A stretch of DNA of 64,000 nt, taken from positions 17,327 to 81,326 of the IMG/VR virus record IMGVR_UViG_3300037346_000419. The stretch is one strand, 5' to 3'. Of the stretch, positions 39,698 to 50,291 are shown piece by piece. This DNA is from a virus. Below the pieces are notes generated by a model. It was not told where the DNA came from. It did no database searches and saw only the letters and a list, made by a program, of their open reading frames with translations. Made by a program: the position numbers and the translations under genes. Numbering within the stretch: the stretch's first letter is position 1; every line of letters starts with the position of its first letter.

Positions 39698-41179
39698 ATG
39701 GCACAATTAATCAACCAACTACAAGTAAGACAGGCTAAGTTCGATTCTACAAGAATGACTGACCTCAATCATTGGAGCAAAAACATGGCCTTAAAACCTG
39801 AAGTTTTTGAAGGCCCAAATCGTGAACTATTTGCATCTAAGACAAACAGTTTAAATTTATCAAAAGGTAATATACTGGAAAGTATATTTGGTTTAAGTAA
39901 AACTAAATACATTGATGATTTAACTTGGTCTTGGAAAATGAAAGCAAAAGGTTACAGACCTATCACTATTCTTGAAAACAGAACCACAGCTAATCCATCA
40001 ACTCCAGGTAAATTTCGTTTACCAATAGTTGTTTTAGTAGATTCTGATTTAGGAGCAATTGGAGAATCTTGGGGGCCAGGCTCTTCTGATAAATCTCAAG
40101 TTGTTGTTATCAAAAATAAAGTAAAAGAATCTAGAGGTTATGTTTACACTTTGCAAACATATACTGATAGTAATGAACATTATATTAAGCCAAATTATTT
40201 AGCTGCTGGTCAAAAGTGGACTAGAATGTATTCTATTCGTGGAGAAGCTGCTGAAAGTGGTGGACACACTGAAATGTCTACAGACATTGAGTACAAAAAC
40301 AATTTGGTTAAACTTCGTAAACAATATCAAGTTACTGATTTTGGTGCACAAGCTGTATTAGAAATTGCTTTTTCTGATGAAAATGGTAAAGTTTATCGTT
40401 CTTGGATGGATATGCAAGAAGCTGAATATCAAATGGCTATGAATAAAGAAGTTGCTATGTTAGCAATGTATTCTAGACTTAGTGATACTCCAATGACTGA
40501 CCCTGATAGTGGTTATCCTATTGTTCCTGGAGCAGGTTTGCAACAGCAAATAGGTTTTGGTGGTAATGTTGAAAGATTTACTACTATGTCTGCTGAATTA
40601 ATTGAAGCTTTTTTTGATAAGATGGTTTATTCTCGTATTAGCCCAGGTGATTTAGGCCAAGTAATTGGTTTTTCTGGACACTATGGTATGAAAGAATTTG
40701 CTAAAGCTCTTGATATTTGGACAGGTGGAAAAGCTATTGTTAGAAATAGTGAAGACTTTTTAGCTAAAGATGCAGAAGGAGTTAATAAAAATTCTTTAAG
40801 AACAGGGTATCAATTTACTGAATATGCTTTACCTAATGGTGGAACATTTAAGTTAGTTCATAATCCTATGAATGATGATAAATCAATTCACAGAGATATT
40901 GACCCTCTAACAGGTTATCCTAAAGAGTCTCAAAGAATTACTATTCTTGATGTTACTGGTGGTAATGGTCAGTCTATTAACTCTAAAGATAACATCTGCC
41001 TTGTTAGAAAAAACAAAGTAGCAGGTACAACTATTGTTGAAGGTAGAGTAGGCCCAGGTGGAATACCAACTGGCTCAAATGCTAAACATTCAGGAGATTA
41101 CTACAGAGTAGATATATCTGATAGTATCGGAGTTCAAATTACTGATTCAACTTGTACAGGAGAATTAGTTAAAGCATAG
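39698..41179 (+). CDS. Major capsid protein
   Basis: 493 aa, GAGLQQQI and FTEY.LPNG...LVHNP..DD patterns, synteny. Confidence 0.88.
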   Translation: MAQLINQLQVRQAKFDSTRMTDLNHWSKNMALKPEVFEGPNRELFASKTNSLNLSKGNILESIFGLSKTKYIDDLTWSWKMKAKGYRPITILENRTTANPSTPGKFRLPIVVLVDSDLGAIGESWGPGSSDKSQVVVIKNKVKESRGYVYTLQTYTDSNEHYIKPNYLAAGQKWTRMYSIRGEAAESGGHTEMSTDIEYKNNLVKLRKQYQVTDFGAQAVLEIAFSDENGKVYRSWMDMQEAEYQMAMNKEVAMLAMYSRLSDTPMTDPDSGYPIVPGAGLQQQIGFGGNVERFTTMSAELIEAFFDKMVYSRISPGDLGQVIGFSGHYGMKEFAKALDIWTGGKAIVRNSEDFLAKDAEGVNKNSLRTGYQFTEYALPNGGTFKLVHNPMNDDKSIHRDIDPLTGYPKESQRITILDVTGGNGQSINSKDNICLVRKNKVAGTTIVEGRVGPGGIPTGSNAKHSGDYYRVDISDSIGVQITDSTCTGELVKA

Positions 41180-41189
41180 AATTAATTAT

Positions 41190-42014
41190 ATGAGTTTAAA
41201 AGAAAATTTAATAATTGAAATTCGACCCATTCCAGGTAGAGATGGTATCCGAAAGTTTTCTGAAAATTTAGAATACTTTTCTGGAAGCCACACTATATCT
41301 GCTTTTGTTGACCCTGTAACAAGAAAGTTTGCTACAGGGTTATCAGAAGAAGACATTGCATATTTAAAGGATAATAACTTTCCTTATGATATTGATAATA
41401 ACTACACAGGTAAAGAGCCACATCCTTTTTGGGAAAGTCAGTTAATAAAAACTGATTTAAAAAATGGCCCTATATTTTTATATCCATCTAAAAGTTTAAT
41501 TGATTTCATTAAGTATAAATACTTACTTGTAAACGATTATATTTATAAATCAGAAAAAGAACTAGAAAGTGGGTCTAAAAGTGAAGCTACTCATTATATC
41601 TATAATGAAAGTGAAGAATTAGCTACAAAAGCTACAACTTTAAATAAAAAGAATAATTTACTTGCAAAAGTAAATGATTTAAGTCCACAAAGAAAAAGAG
41701 ATTTAATTCTTATCATATTAAACGAAGTTACTGAGAATAAAGATGAAAATTATTTAGTAGTTAGATTTGATGATATACTAAATAATAAAGACAACTCTAA
41801 ACAATTAGAAACTTTATTAAATAGAAAAGAAGAAGAAACCACTTTAGCTGCGGAAATTAAACTAGCTATTCAAAAAAATGTCTTACAAAGAACTAAGCAA
41901 GGAATATTTTACTTTGAAAATAACTTAGGTTATGGAGAAGAAGATGTTTTTACTTTCTTAAACAAAAAAGAAAATCAAGAAATTTTAATAAACATTAAAG
42001 AAAAATTACAATAA
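41190..42014 (+). CDS. Conserved crAss-like capsid-module protein
   Basis: Directly downstream of the major capsid gene; TGLS...HPFW. Confidence 0.65.
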   Translation: MSLKENLIIEIRPIPGRDGIRKFSENLEYFSGSHTISAFVDPVTRKFATGLSEEDIAYLKDNNFPYDIDNNYTGKEPHPFWESQLIKTDLKNGPIFLYPSKSLIDFIKYKYLLVNDYIYKSEKELESGSKSEATHYIYNESEELATKATTLNKKNNLLAKVNDLSPQRKRDLILIILNEVTENKDENYLVVRFDDILNNKDNSKQLETLLNRKEEETTLAAEIKLAIQKNVLQRTKQGIFYFENNLGYGEEDVFTFLNKKENQEILINIKEKLQ

Positions 42015-42016
42015 TC

Positions 42017-43222
42017 ATGAAAAGTACATTATCAGATAACAAACAGCTTTTTAACGTAAAAGCTATTGCAGTAGCTGGAAAAACTCCAGACCAACTTGTT
42101 GAAGGTGAGATGGGTATATTCCCTCTAACTGGTGGAACAAGTATTGCAGACACTACAGCTTTTGCAGCACTTCCTAGTGAAGTAATGCTGATTAGCAGAG
42201 TGGGAGGTAAAATATACATCTCAATAGACCCAATTAAAAAAAGTACAATTGCTAATCAATTAGCAAAAACTTATACAGCCCCTGTAGTAAACATATGGGA
42301 AACTGTTGTGGATAATTGTGAATGTATCACAAGTTTGCGTTTAAATCTTAATTTAAATGAACAAAGCTTAATTCAAAGAGATGGTTTAACCTGGACTCAT
42401 AATGATTTCGTAGTTGAAGTTGCTCCTGAAGAATTGAAATGTCTTTGTGATTTAACTAAGAAACCTGAGTACCATAACAACGTTATGACTCAATTATTAG
42501 ATGCAAGTGTTAATGCAATTAACTCTCCATTTTATGAATCAGAAGTAAAAATTGATGTAACTGGTGTTACAGTATATGCTGACCAAGCTGCTTTAGATAT
42601 TGCAATTCCTTCTCCTACTGCTGGTGCTGTTGCTGTAGTTACAGCAGATTTAGCTACTAAAGTTTATGATGGAAGTGCATGGATTATAGCAGGAGATTTA
42701 ACTGGACTTATAGCTGATGTTCCTGCTTATGTAGAAGCACTTAAAGCTGTAAACACAAATGAATCAGGTACTACTTTTGGCCCTAAACTTACTTTTGTAA
42801 TTAAAGGTAAAGTTCAAGCTGCAGGTTTATATAGAGATTTAGAAGTAAATTATATTTATCCAAGAGGAGTAGCTTTGTCTCCTGCAATGACAGTAAATTC
42901 TAATTCAGGTAATGCTTTCACTGAAACTCAAGCTATGGTGTTTGAAATAGGTGCAGGTTATGACCTTAGAGCTGAAGAATTTGAATGTATGTCTCTTTAT
43001 ACTAATTTGAACAACTATAATCGTCTTTGTGATGGTATAGCTGCTCCTGAGTTAGTATATCAATTCGAGAATAACACAAATTATGATACTCTTACTTTTG
43101 AGTTTGATACTCTTAAAGTAGAAAGAAGTGGTAGTGCAGATACAAAACGTTTTAGTATGCTTTTAGGCTCTGAAGTAGGAAGTGGAGTCCATGCTAAATT
43201 AGTAACAATGTTTATACCCTAG
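42017..43222 (+). CDS. Virion structural protein (auxiliary capsid-like)
   Basis: Ala/Val/Thr-rich with capsid-like codon usage; synteny. Confidence 0.6.
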   Translation: MKSTLSDNKQLFNVKAIAVAGKTPDQLVEGEMGIFPLTGGTSIADTTAFAALPSEVMLISRVGGKIYISIDPIKKSTIANQLAKTYTAPVVNIWETVVDNCECITSLRLNLNLNEQSLIQRDGLTWTHNDFVVEVAPEELKCLCDLTKKPEYHNNVMTQLLDASVNAINSPFYESEVKIDVTGVTVYADQAALDIAIPSPTAGAVAVVTADLATKVYDGSAWIIAGDLTGLIADVPAYVEALKAVNTNESGTTFGPKLTFVIKGKVQAAGLYRDLEVNYIYPRGVALSPAMTVNSNSGNAFTETQAMVFEIGAGYDLRAEEFECMSLYTNLNNYNRLCDGIAAPELVYQFENNTNYDTLTFEFDTLKVERSGSADTKRFSMLLGSEVGSGVHAKLVTMFIP

Positions 43223-43230
43223 TTACTAAC

Positions 43231-43932
43231 ATGACAATAGAGGAAATGCAATATGACTTCAAACAGAAGTTAAATAAAGGAGATAGCCAACAATATAAGA
43301 ATCTTTTGATTCCTGAAATTGATTGGTTATTAAATGAAGCACAAGAACTCTTTGTCAAATTAGTAGCTAATCCAAGAGTAAGAAACCAATTAGGTTTTGA
43401 AACTTCTCAAAGAACCATAGATGATATTAGAACAATAGTTGTAAATAACTATTGTTCTACTGTCACTACTAACATAGTAACTTTACCCGCAGATTATTGG
43501 TACTTCTTAAAAGGAGATGTAACAATGACAAAAGGCACTTGTGTAAATGTAAAAGGTAATTTTTATGTTAAACAACATGATGATGAATTTGAAAAAAGTC
43601 CTTTTGACAAATCAAATTTTGAATGGAGACACGTAAATGGAGTATTCTATGAAGATGGAATAAGATTATTTACAGATGGGTCATTTACAATTTCAAATTT
43701 TTGTTTAAGTTATATAAAACGTTTACCATATATTCATAATGCAAAAGATTTTACAGGTGGTACATATACTTTGCCTAGTGGTGTTGTTTTAACCACTTTT
43801 GAAAATTGTCCTTTACCTGAAGGAACACATAGAGAAATAGTTGACTTAGCTGTGCTAATTGCAACTGGTAATCTTCAAATAGCTGATTACCAAAATAAAT
43901 TAAATAAAATAAATTTAACTGAGTTAAAATAA
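43231..43932 (+). CDS. Tail ring/adaptor protein
   Basis: EIDWLLNEAQ...GFE..QR..DD...LPEGTHREIVDLAV. Confidence 0.7.
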   Translation: MTIEEMQYDFKQKLNKGDSQQYKNLLIPEIDWLLNEAQELFVKLVANPRVRNQLGFETSQRTIDDIRTIVVNNYCSTVTTNIVTLPADYWYFLKGDVTMTKGTCVNVKGNFYVKQHDDEFEKSPFDKSNFEWRHVNGVFYEDGIRLFTDGSFTISNFCLSYIKRLPYIHNAKDFTGGTYTLPSGVVLTTFENCPLPEGTHREIVDLAVLIATGNLQIADYQNKLNKINLTELK

Positions 43933-44525
43933 TGGTTACTATAAACGAATTAAAAATAAGTGAAGACTGTAAAACTATAGAAATTAATGTTAGTACTGAA
44001 GTAGCTAATACTATAGATAAAATTTTATTATGGAATCATTTAACTTATAAAAATGAAGCAAAAGCCTTTGATTTAAGTAGCCACTTAGTTCAAACTGGGC
44101 CAAATGAAGTTCTTTCAATACTTGCTACAGATATTGGATTAACTAATATATATGGAATATTTTATTTAGAATTTACATCTTCTGAAGCTGCTTCAATAAA
44201 TACTACTTTAGGTATAGCTACGAATTTTGTAAAAGTTCATAATTGTTTCTTAAATAAAATATTAAAAATTGAAAAAATAAAAGGTTGTTTATCTGTTTCT
44301 AGCAGTGATTGCTTTAGTTGTGAAAATGATATATTTTTACTTTCTGGATTATTAGAAAGTATATATGTTTCCATACCTTTACAATTTTTTGAAGAAACAA
44401 ATAAAATATATACTTTAATAGAAGATACATGTGATATATGTGACACTTGTCCTGATTACACAGAATTAAATTTAGTGCCTGGTTTTGGCTTTAAAACAGT
44501 AAATAATCTTATAACCCTAGTTTAA
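43932..44525 (+). CDS. Putative tail hub/structural protein
   Basis: INELKISED N-terminus, Cys-rich; synteny. Confidence 0.55.
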   Translation: MVTINELKISEDCKTIEINVSTEVANTIDKILLWNHLTYKNEAKAFDLSSHLVQTGPNEVLSILATDIGLTNIYGIFYLEFTSSEAASINTTLGIATNFVKVHNCFLNKILKIEKIKGCLSVSSSDCFSCENDIFLLSGLLESIYVSIPLQFFEETNKIYTLIEDTCDICDTCPDYTELNLVPGFGFKTVNNLITLV

Positions 44526-44526
44526 T

Positions 44527-45099
44527 ATGGAGCAAAAAGATAAAATATTAATGGGGAGTGTAATAAACTTAGTTAATAAACAATTAATTTTAGGTAACAA
44601 TATAAATATTAAGTCTTTAATATTATTAGGAGGATTAAATTCTTCTATTAATTTTTGTGAGCAGCAATTTATAAGCACTCAAGATAATACATATACAGAT
44701 AAAATAAAAACTTTGGAAAAAACTAGATTAGACCTAAGTAGTAAATGTGAAGACATTTGTGCTTACAATAAAAGAATAGAAAGTAAAATGACTTTCTTTA
44801 ATACAGATGCAGAACATTTTATTGCTTTAGGAGATTGTTTTAATAATATAACTTCTTGGACACCTGTTTATTTAAGTGAAGGTGTAGATTTTGTAACAGG
44901 AACTACAATTTTATTTTTAGATAAAGAAAAAACAATTACCTTTGTGGGTAGTACCACATTACCTTTAACAGATGCAACAGATATTATTATTAATGAATAT
45001 ATTCTCGCCAAAAAAATTGATGGAGAATTATTTAAATTTATCGGAGCTTTATATAGTGTTACTGATGCAGGTTTAATATATACAGAAATAAATTGTTAA
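44527..45099 (+). CDS. Putative structural protein
   Basis: 190-aa ORF in the tail module. Confidence 0.5.
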   Translation: MEQKDKILMGSVINLVNKQLILGNNINIKSLILLGGLNSSINFCEQQFISTQDNTYTDKIKTLEKTRLDLSSKCEDICAYNKRIESKMTFFNTDAEHFIALGDCFNNITSWTPVYLSEGVDFVTGTTILFLDKEKTITFVGSTTLPLTDATDIIINEYILAKKIDGELFKFIGALYSVTDAGLIYTEINC

Positions 45100-45100
45100 G

Positions 45101-45523
45101 ATGAAAGAAATACAAAAACTAAGAAATGACATAAGATTGTTATTTAACGGAAAAAAGAATGTGAACACAACCCCTTCAGCTTTTATGGTAGTTTGTTCAG
45201 ATGAAATAACAGCTTTAGAAGTAAACACTAATACTAGGACTTTTTCTTCTCCTTTTAATTTTAAATTAGAGAGTGTAGAAATATCTTTAACTGTTCCCCA
45301 AACAGGTGGTACAGTATTAACAGTGGATGTTTTTAAAAATGAGGTTAGTATTTTAACAACTAAAGTTACAATAACAAATGGAGAATACGATAGTAGTACT
45401 TCTATAAAACCTATTATAAATTTTCCATTTTTTGAAAAAAATGATAAAATAAGAATTGCAATAACTCAAGTTGGAGATGGAACTGCTATGGGATTAAAAA
45501 CAAACTTAATAGGAAAAATATAA
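45101..45523 (+). CDS. Tail fibre-associated beta-sandwich protein
   Basis: SDEITAL...LTVDV...ITQVGDGTA.GLK. Confidence 0.55.
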   Translation: MKEIQKLRNDIRLLFNGKKNVNTTPSAFMVVCSDEITALEVNTNTRTFSSPFNFKLESVEISLTVPQTGGTVLTVDVFKNEVSILTTKVTITNGEYDSSTSIKPIINFPFFEKNDKIRIAITQVGDGTAMGLKTNLIGKI

Positions 45524-45524
45524 T

Positions 45525-46430
45525 ATGATTTGTTTAATAGATTCATATAATTTAGTAGACTATTCTGACCCTCCAAGTTACGATACTAATGCAAAACTAT
45601 TTAGTGATACAATTTTTACTAATGAAGGAATATCACTTTTAAATTCTGAAAAAGTAGCAATTAACAATTTTGTAAAAAGAGCAAAAGGTTTAGACCCTGG
45701 ATATGCCAATTTTGGTAGTTCTGCTATATGGGATGCAGGTATTTTATTTTGCCCTAATAGGGGAGGTAGTTTAGCTACAGCTAAATACAATGTATTTGAC
45801 CCTACTATATTAATACAAAATTATTTTGGTGGTATTACTTATGACCCTGGATATGGAGTTAAAGGTAATGGAGTAAATGGAGGTATTAATTCACAAGTAG
45901 CTGTAAGGAATTATACAACAGGCCTTACACAATTAAATCAAGAAAAAGGATTAGTAGGAATTGTTTATAAAGATACTGTAAATGCTTCAAGAAGGGATTT
46001 TGGTAACTATGGAAGTAATGTAGGAATAGATGGAAACATGTGGTTAACAGCATCAAGAGGAGGAGTAGTATCTCCTGCAATGAGATACTATACTCATGAT
46101 GAAAATATTACTATAGTACCTGCAAATACAAATGGACATTGGTGTCTTAAAGGTACACTAGGTAGTCCTAATTTAGGAAAAGTGTATTACAATAAAACAT
46201 TAATACATACTTCCAATGGAAATAATCCTAGAACAGCAGCACAAGCACTTTCATTACCTAATGCAGAAATTCTATTTTTATGTTTAAATTTTAATAGTAG
46301 AGCAGTAGTTAACTACGCAAATGCAACTGATATTTGTCATTATGTATTAGGAGATATAGGAGCAAACATAGGAGCTTGGAATGATATGATTGAAGATTTT
46401 TGCATAGAAACAGGAACAAAAACATGGTAG
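45525..46430 (+). CDS. Putative receptor-binding/lectin-like tail protein
   Basis: Gly/Asn-rich beta protein with GVKGNGVNG. Confidence 0.5.
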   Translation: MICLIDSYNLVDYSDPPSYDTNAKLFSDTIFTNEGISLLNSEKVAINNFVKRAKGLDPGYANFGSSAIWDAGILFCPNRGGSLATAKYNVFDPTILIQNYFGGITYDPGYGVKGNGVNGGINSQVAVRNYTTGLTQLNQEKGLVGIVYKDTVNASRRDFGNYGSNVGIDGNMWLTASRGGVVSPAMRYYTHDENITIVPANTNGHWCLKGTLGSPNLGKVYYNKTLIHTSNGNNPRTAAQALSLPNAEILFLCLNFNSRAVVNYANATDICHYVLGDIGANIGAWNDMIEDFCIETGTKTW

Positions 46431-46660
46431 TACAGGTATATAAATTTCCAGAGGGATTAACACCTGAAGAATTAATCAATATTCTTAGTAGTGTTCAAAC
46501 AAATATAAAAATAAATCCTATACAAGATATAGATGACAATTGGATTATATCTAAAGAAGAGTGGAATGAACCTAAATGGCAAGATTTTAAAAAAGAATAT
46601 ATAGAATTAACTTCACTTTTTACATTAATAGATTTTAAAGAAAAACCCTCTCCAATATAA
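46424..46660 (+). CDS. Small fibre-associated protein
   Basis: NPIQDIDDNWIISKEE. Confidence 0.5.
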   Translation: MVVQVYKFPEGLTPEELINILSSVQTNIKINPIQDIDDNWIISKEEWNEPKWQDFKKEYIELTSLFTLIDFKEKPSPI

Positions 46661-46662
46661 TT

Positions 46663-46959
46663 ATGATTTTACAAATGACAGAAGTAAATGCTAAATTACT
46701 TGACCAAGGGGTTTTAGGATTAGTTGTAATTATACTTTTAAGTACAGTTGTGTATTTACAAGTAAGAATAGTAAAAAAAGATGAAAAAATATTAGAATTG
46801 ACTGAAAAATATGTAGAGTCTTTTAATGTTATAAGTAATTTAATTGCTTCTTTAAGTGCAGTAGCTATAGCTGTTCCAGAAAGAGTTCGTGAAAAAATTG
46901 TGGAAGATTTAAGAAAAATTGAGGATGCAATTCAAACGATTAAATTAAATAAACAATAA
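46663..46959 (+). CDS. Holin-like membrane protein
   Basis: QGVLGLVVIILL transmembrane helix followed by a coiled coil. Confidence 0.5.
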   Translation: MILQMTEVNAKLLDQGVLGLVVIILLSTVVYLQVRIVKKDEKILELTEKYVESFNVISNLIASLSAVAIAVPERVREKIVEDLRKIEDAIQTIKLNKQ

Positions 46960-46960
46960 A

Positions 46961-47398
46961 ATGAAAAATAAAATTGATAAAGCTCTGAATAAAATGAAAG
47001 AGTGTTGGTTCAAATTTGGGGTGAAAGATGAACCAGTGAGTATTAAAGAAATTGCTTATGACTGGGAATCATTTGGTGCAATTGAAGGAGATTCTGCAAA
47101 AAGATTAGATATTATAGATAAAGAATTTTATACTATCACTTATAGATGTCCAAAAGGAGTTTTTAAAAAACACTACCATAAAGAGATAGAATCTGGGATA
47201 GTTTTAAAAGGAGAAATTATAATTACAACTTCTTTAGGAAATGCTCATATTTTTGAAGGTGGTACTTTTTGTTTAAAGTCTGATGAATGGCACGAAGTAA
47301 GATTTATTAAGTCGGATAATGTTTTAATTTTAAACTTTCATCCACCTTTTGAATCTGATAAATGGGAAGGAAAAACAAATTGTGAAGAGAAAATATAA
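46961..47398 (+). CDS. Cupin-domain protein
   Basis: HYHKEIE...VLKGE...G...WHEV. Confidence 0.8.
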   Translation: MKNKIDKALNKMKECWFKFGVKDEPVSIKEIAYDWESFGAIEGDSAKRLDIIDKEFYTITYRCPKGVFKKHYHKEIESGIVLKGEIIITTSLGNAHIFEGGTFCLKSDEWHEVRFIKSDNVLILNFHPPFESDKWEGKTNCEEKI

Positions 47399-48254
47399 TA
47401 AAAAAAGAGATATAATTTGCATGTCGGGGGCAGCTACTAAGATAGTTGCACACATAGCTCATTGTCAAAATTTAGAAGAAGATGGATATAAGCCTACAGT
47501 TTTTGCAGGTGTTAGTTCAGGTATTTTAGCTACAATAGCTTGGGCTTTTAATAAGTTACCACAAGCTGAAAACCTAGCAAAAAATCTTGAATACAAACAT
47601 ATTTTTGGAAAAGTACCAGTTAATAAAAATGGTAAAATATCAGTAAGAGGATATGCCAGGGGTTTATTTACAGGTTATTTTGGAGACTCAGAAGGTTTAT
47701 TCAAAACACTAAAAAGTTTTATAAATGAGCAAGAATGGAATGACTTTGTAAAAAAAGAAGATAAAGATTTATATTGTGGAGTATATAATATAACATTGAG
47801 ACATTATGAATTAATTTACTTAAATATATGTGACTACGAGACATTCTTAAAATATACAGTAGCATCATGTACTATCCCAATGTATTGTAAACCTATAAAA
47901 ATTGGTAATTATTTATATTGGGATGGAGGAGTTCAAGAACATAATCCATCAGGACAGATTCTTAATATATATAAAGGGCAAGTAAAAAATTTAGTTAGTA
48001 TTTATAGTAGACCAAAAGATAAATTCCAAACAGCAGATTGGGGGTATTCAGGCAAAAGTATAGGTAGAAGTTTATCAGTATTAACTGATGCAATGCAAGA
48101 TGCTATAAGCTATTCAAATCAGGAAGAAGAAGTAATAATGTGTGAGTTAAATAAGATTAACTTAATTCAATTATTTGCTCCTAGAATAATGAAAGGTATT
48201 TATGATATTGATAAAACAAGACTCAACGAATTATACGAAGCAGTAAAAAATTAA
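47349..48254 (+). CDS. Patatin-like phospholipase
   Basis: MSGAATK, GVSSG nucleophile elbow, ASCTIP, WDGG. Confidence 0.82.
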   Translation: MNLINGKEKQIVKRKYNKKRDIICMSGAATKIVAHIAHCQNLEEDGYKPTVFAGVSSGILATIAWAFNKLPQAENLAKNLEYKHIFGKVPVNKNGKISVRGYARGLFTGYFGDSEGLFKTLKSFINEQEWNDFVKKEDKDLYCGVYNITLRHYELIYLNICDYETFLKYTVASCTIPMYCKPIKIGNYLYWDGGVQEHNPSGQILNIYKGQVKNLVSIYSRPKDKFQTADWGYSGKSIGRSLSVLTDAMQDAISYSNQEEEVIMCELNKINLIQLFAPRIMKGIYDIDKTRLNELYEAVKN

Positions 48255-48258
48255 GACT

Positions 48259-48849
48259 ATGGTAAAAAATTATACAACAAAAGAACTTTTAGAAAAAGTT
48301 AAAGCAGCTAAAGGTTTTACTCATATTCCTGAGCATTGGATATTAGGTGTTAGGTCTAAAGGAGGTAATCCAGATGAGATGAATGATAAGATATTCTACT
48401 TTGAAGGAGAAAAAGATTTATTTGTAACTACTGGAACTACTCACACAGGTATTTGGGGTTTGGCTAATTTCTTTAAATGGGATAAAAGAGGAGCCGCTAT
48501 AATAAAGTCAGGTATATGGAATTATAATGCTTATGAAAAGTCTGATGGAGTTAAAGTCAGACACCATAAAGATAAGATGCAATGTCTGAGACAAGTAGCT
48601 TCTATTTTTATGCACAGAGATAATAACAAAAACACTTTAGCTGAAGAGATTGGGCCTGTTTACCATGAAAATAATTCTACGAACTTCCACTTAAATTCTT
48701 ATGTTGCCTTAGCAGGTGTTGTTAGATGGCTTATAGGTAGATGGGGAGTAGGGTGTATTGTATCAAACAATGCCACAAAGTACTGGCAAATCATAAAAAG
48801 AGTGCCTTTAAAGAAACGAGTTAGTATGATTATTATATTAGAAGATTAA
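48259..48849 (+). CDS. Putative endolysin (L,D-transpeptidase-like His/Cys motif)
   Basis: ILGVRS...LRQ...RDNN...NFH...WGVGCIV; near the holin-like gene. Confidence 0.55.
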   Translation: MVKNYTTKELLEKVKAAKGFTHIPEHWILGVRSKGGNPDEMNDKIFYFEGEKDLFVTTGTTHTGIWGLANFFKWDKRGAAIIKSGIWNYNAYEKSDGVKVRHHKDKMQCLRQVASIFMHRDNNKNTLAEEIGPVYHENNSTNFHLNSYVALAGVVRWLIGRWGVGCIVSNNATKYWQIIKRVPLKKRVSMIIILED

Positions 48850-48873
48850 ATAATTTCTTCGTATCTTTGCTGT

Positions 48874-49590
48874 GTGCAGCTTGAAAAAAATCAGATAATA
48901 AAATTCTTTAGTGATTTAGAATTTAATGAACCTTTACACGAGTATAGTGTAAAAGGTGAAAAGTTGAATTTTTCAGTTTCTAAACTGTATCAAAACTTTA
49001 CAGAAAAAACAGATTTTGATTCTATAGCAAAAGCAATAGATAAGAGAGACAAATTACCTGATGGATTTACAAAAATTTATTGGGATTTAAATTCGCAAGT
49101 ATCATTGGCTATTGGAACAAAGGCTCACTATTTTGGTGAGACCTTTGTTTATAATAGAAATTTAAAACCTACTGATGGTTATGAAGAAGCTATAGTAAAG
49201 TTTTGGAAAAGTTTACCCAAACATATAGTTCCTTTTTGTATGGAACTTAAAATGTACCATAAAAAATATAAATTTGCAGGTACTGGAGATATTATACTTT
49301 ATAATACAAAAACAAAAAAGTTTATAGTTTGTGATTATAAAACAAATAAAAACTTATTTAAAAATTTTAAAAAAAAAATGATGCTTAGTATATTTAGTCA
49401 TTTACTAGATATGCCTATTAGTCATTATAAACTTCAACTTTCTTTTTATCAAATATTATTTGAGCAAACAGGTTTTGAAGTTGAAGCAAGAAAAATAATT
49501 CACTTAAAAAGTGATGGAAATTACATAATGTATGATTCAGATAACTATACATTAGAGTTAAAAACCTATTTAGAAAATAATACCTTATGA
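48874..49590 (+). CDS. PD-(D/E)XK exonuclease
   Basis: GTKAH, AGTGDI, CDYKTN, YKLQLSFY; preceded by a TATCTTTG box. Confidence 0.8.
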   Translation: MQLEKNQIIKFFSDLEFNEPLHEYSVKGEKLNFSVSKLYQNFTEKTDFDSIAKAIDKRDKLPDGFTKIYWDLNSQVSLAIGTKAHYFGETFVYNRNLKPTDGYEEAIVKFWKSLPKHIVPFCMELKMYHKKYKFAGTGDIILYNTKTKKFIVCDYKTNKNLFKNFKKKMMLSIFSHLLDMPISHYKLQLSFYQILFEQTGFEVEARKIIHLKSDGNYIMYDSDNYTLELKTYLENNTL

Positions 49591-50291
49591 TTACTAATGA
49601 AATTTTACAAAGAATACATTCCTTATATAGTAAAGGTGTTCAATCTGATGATTCAAGATTATCAGATAGACATATATACAATAAAGTACTCACTGTTAGG
49701 AGTAAACTTATATCTCAAGAAGCTAAAAAAACACAGAAAGTAAATCAATGGAATTATCAAACTTTACCTTGTGTAGAGTTAATAAAAGCTCCTATTCATG
49801 AATGTCCATGTTTACCTCCTATTGGGTGTCAAATATTAAAAAGTAAATACCCAATACCTAAACCTTTAACTGATTTAAATATACATTTATTTCAATCTGT
49901 TACAAACTTAGATGGTACTATAATATATTCTGAGATTAGTTGGGAAAATAAAAAATATAAAAAAGGAAATAAATATACAGCTTTTAAAGCTGACTTTTTT
50001 ATTAAAAGTGGTCACTTATATATTACATGTAAAAGTGAGCCTAAAGTAATTACAATTACTGGACTATTTCAAAATCCATTAGAAGCTTTTAGCTATCCTT
50101 CATTTTGTAATGAGGATTGCGTAGATTGTCAAGACTGTGAAAGTCCTTTAGATAAAGAATTTCCTATTGATAATGATATGTTAGACACTTTAATAGATAT
50201 ATGTAAAGTGGAATTACTAGAACAATTTAGTAAATTTCCAGAAGATAAAACTAATAATAGTGTAGATTCTTCAATTGAACAAAGTAAATAA
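49587..50291 (+). CDS. Tail ring/structural protein
   Basis: SDDSRLS...Q.LPCVEL...GLFQNP...EFPI; crAss tail synteny. Confidence 0.65.
   Translation: MITNEILQRIHSLYSKGVQSDDSRLSDRHIYNKVLTVRSKLISQEAKKTQKVNQWNYQTLPCVELIKAPIHECPCLPPIGCQILKSKYPIPKPLTDLNIHLFQSVTNLDGTIIYSEISWENKKYKKGNKYTAFKADFFIKSGHLYITCKSEPKVITITGLFQNPLEAFSYPSFCNEDCVDCQDCESPLDKEFPIDNDMLDTLIDICKVELLEQFSKFPEDKTNNSVDSSIEQSK

Noticed and set aside
48874-49590. Cas4/CRISPR association of the PD-(D/E)XK nuclease
   Set aside because: No Fe-S cysteine cluster pattern, and no repeat-spacer array was seen in the window.
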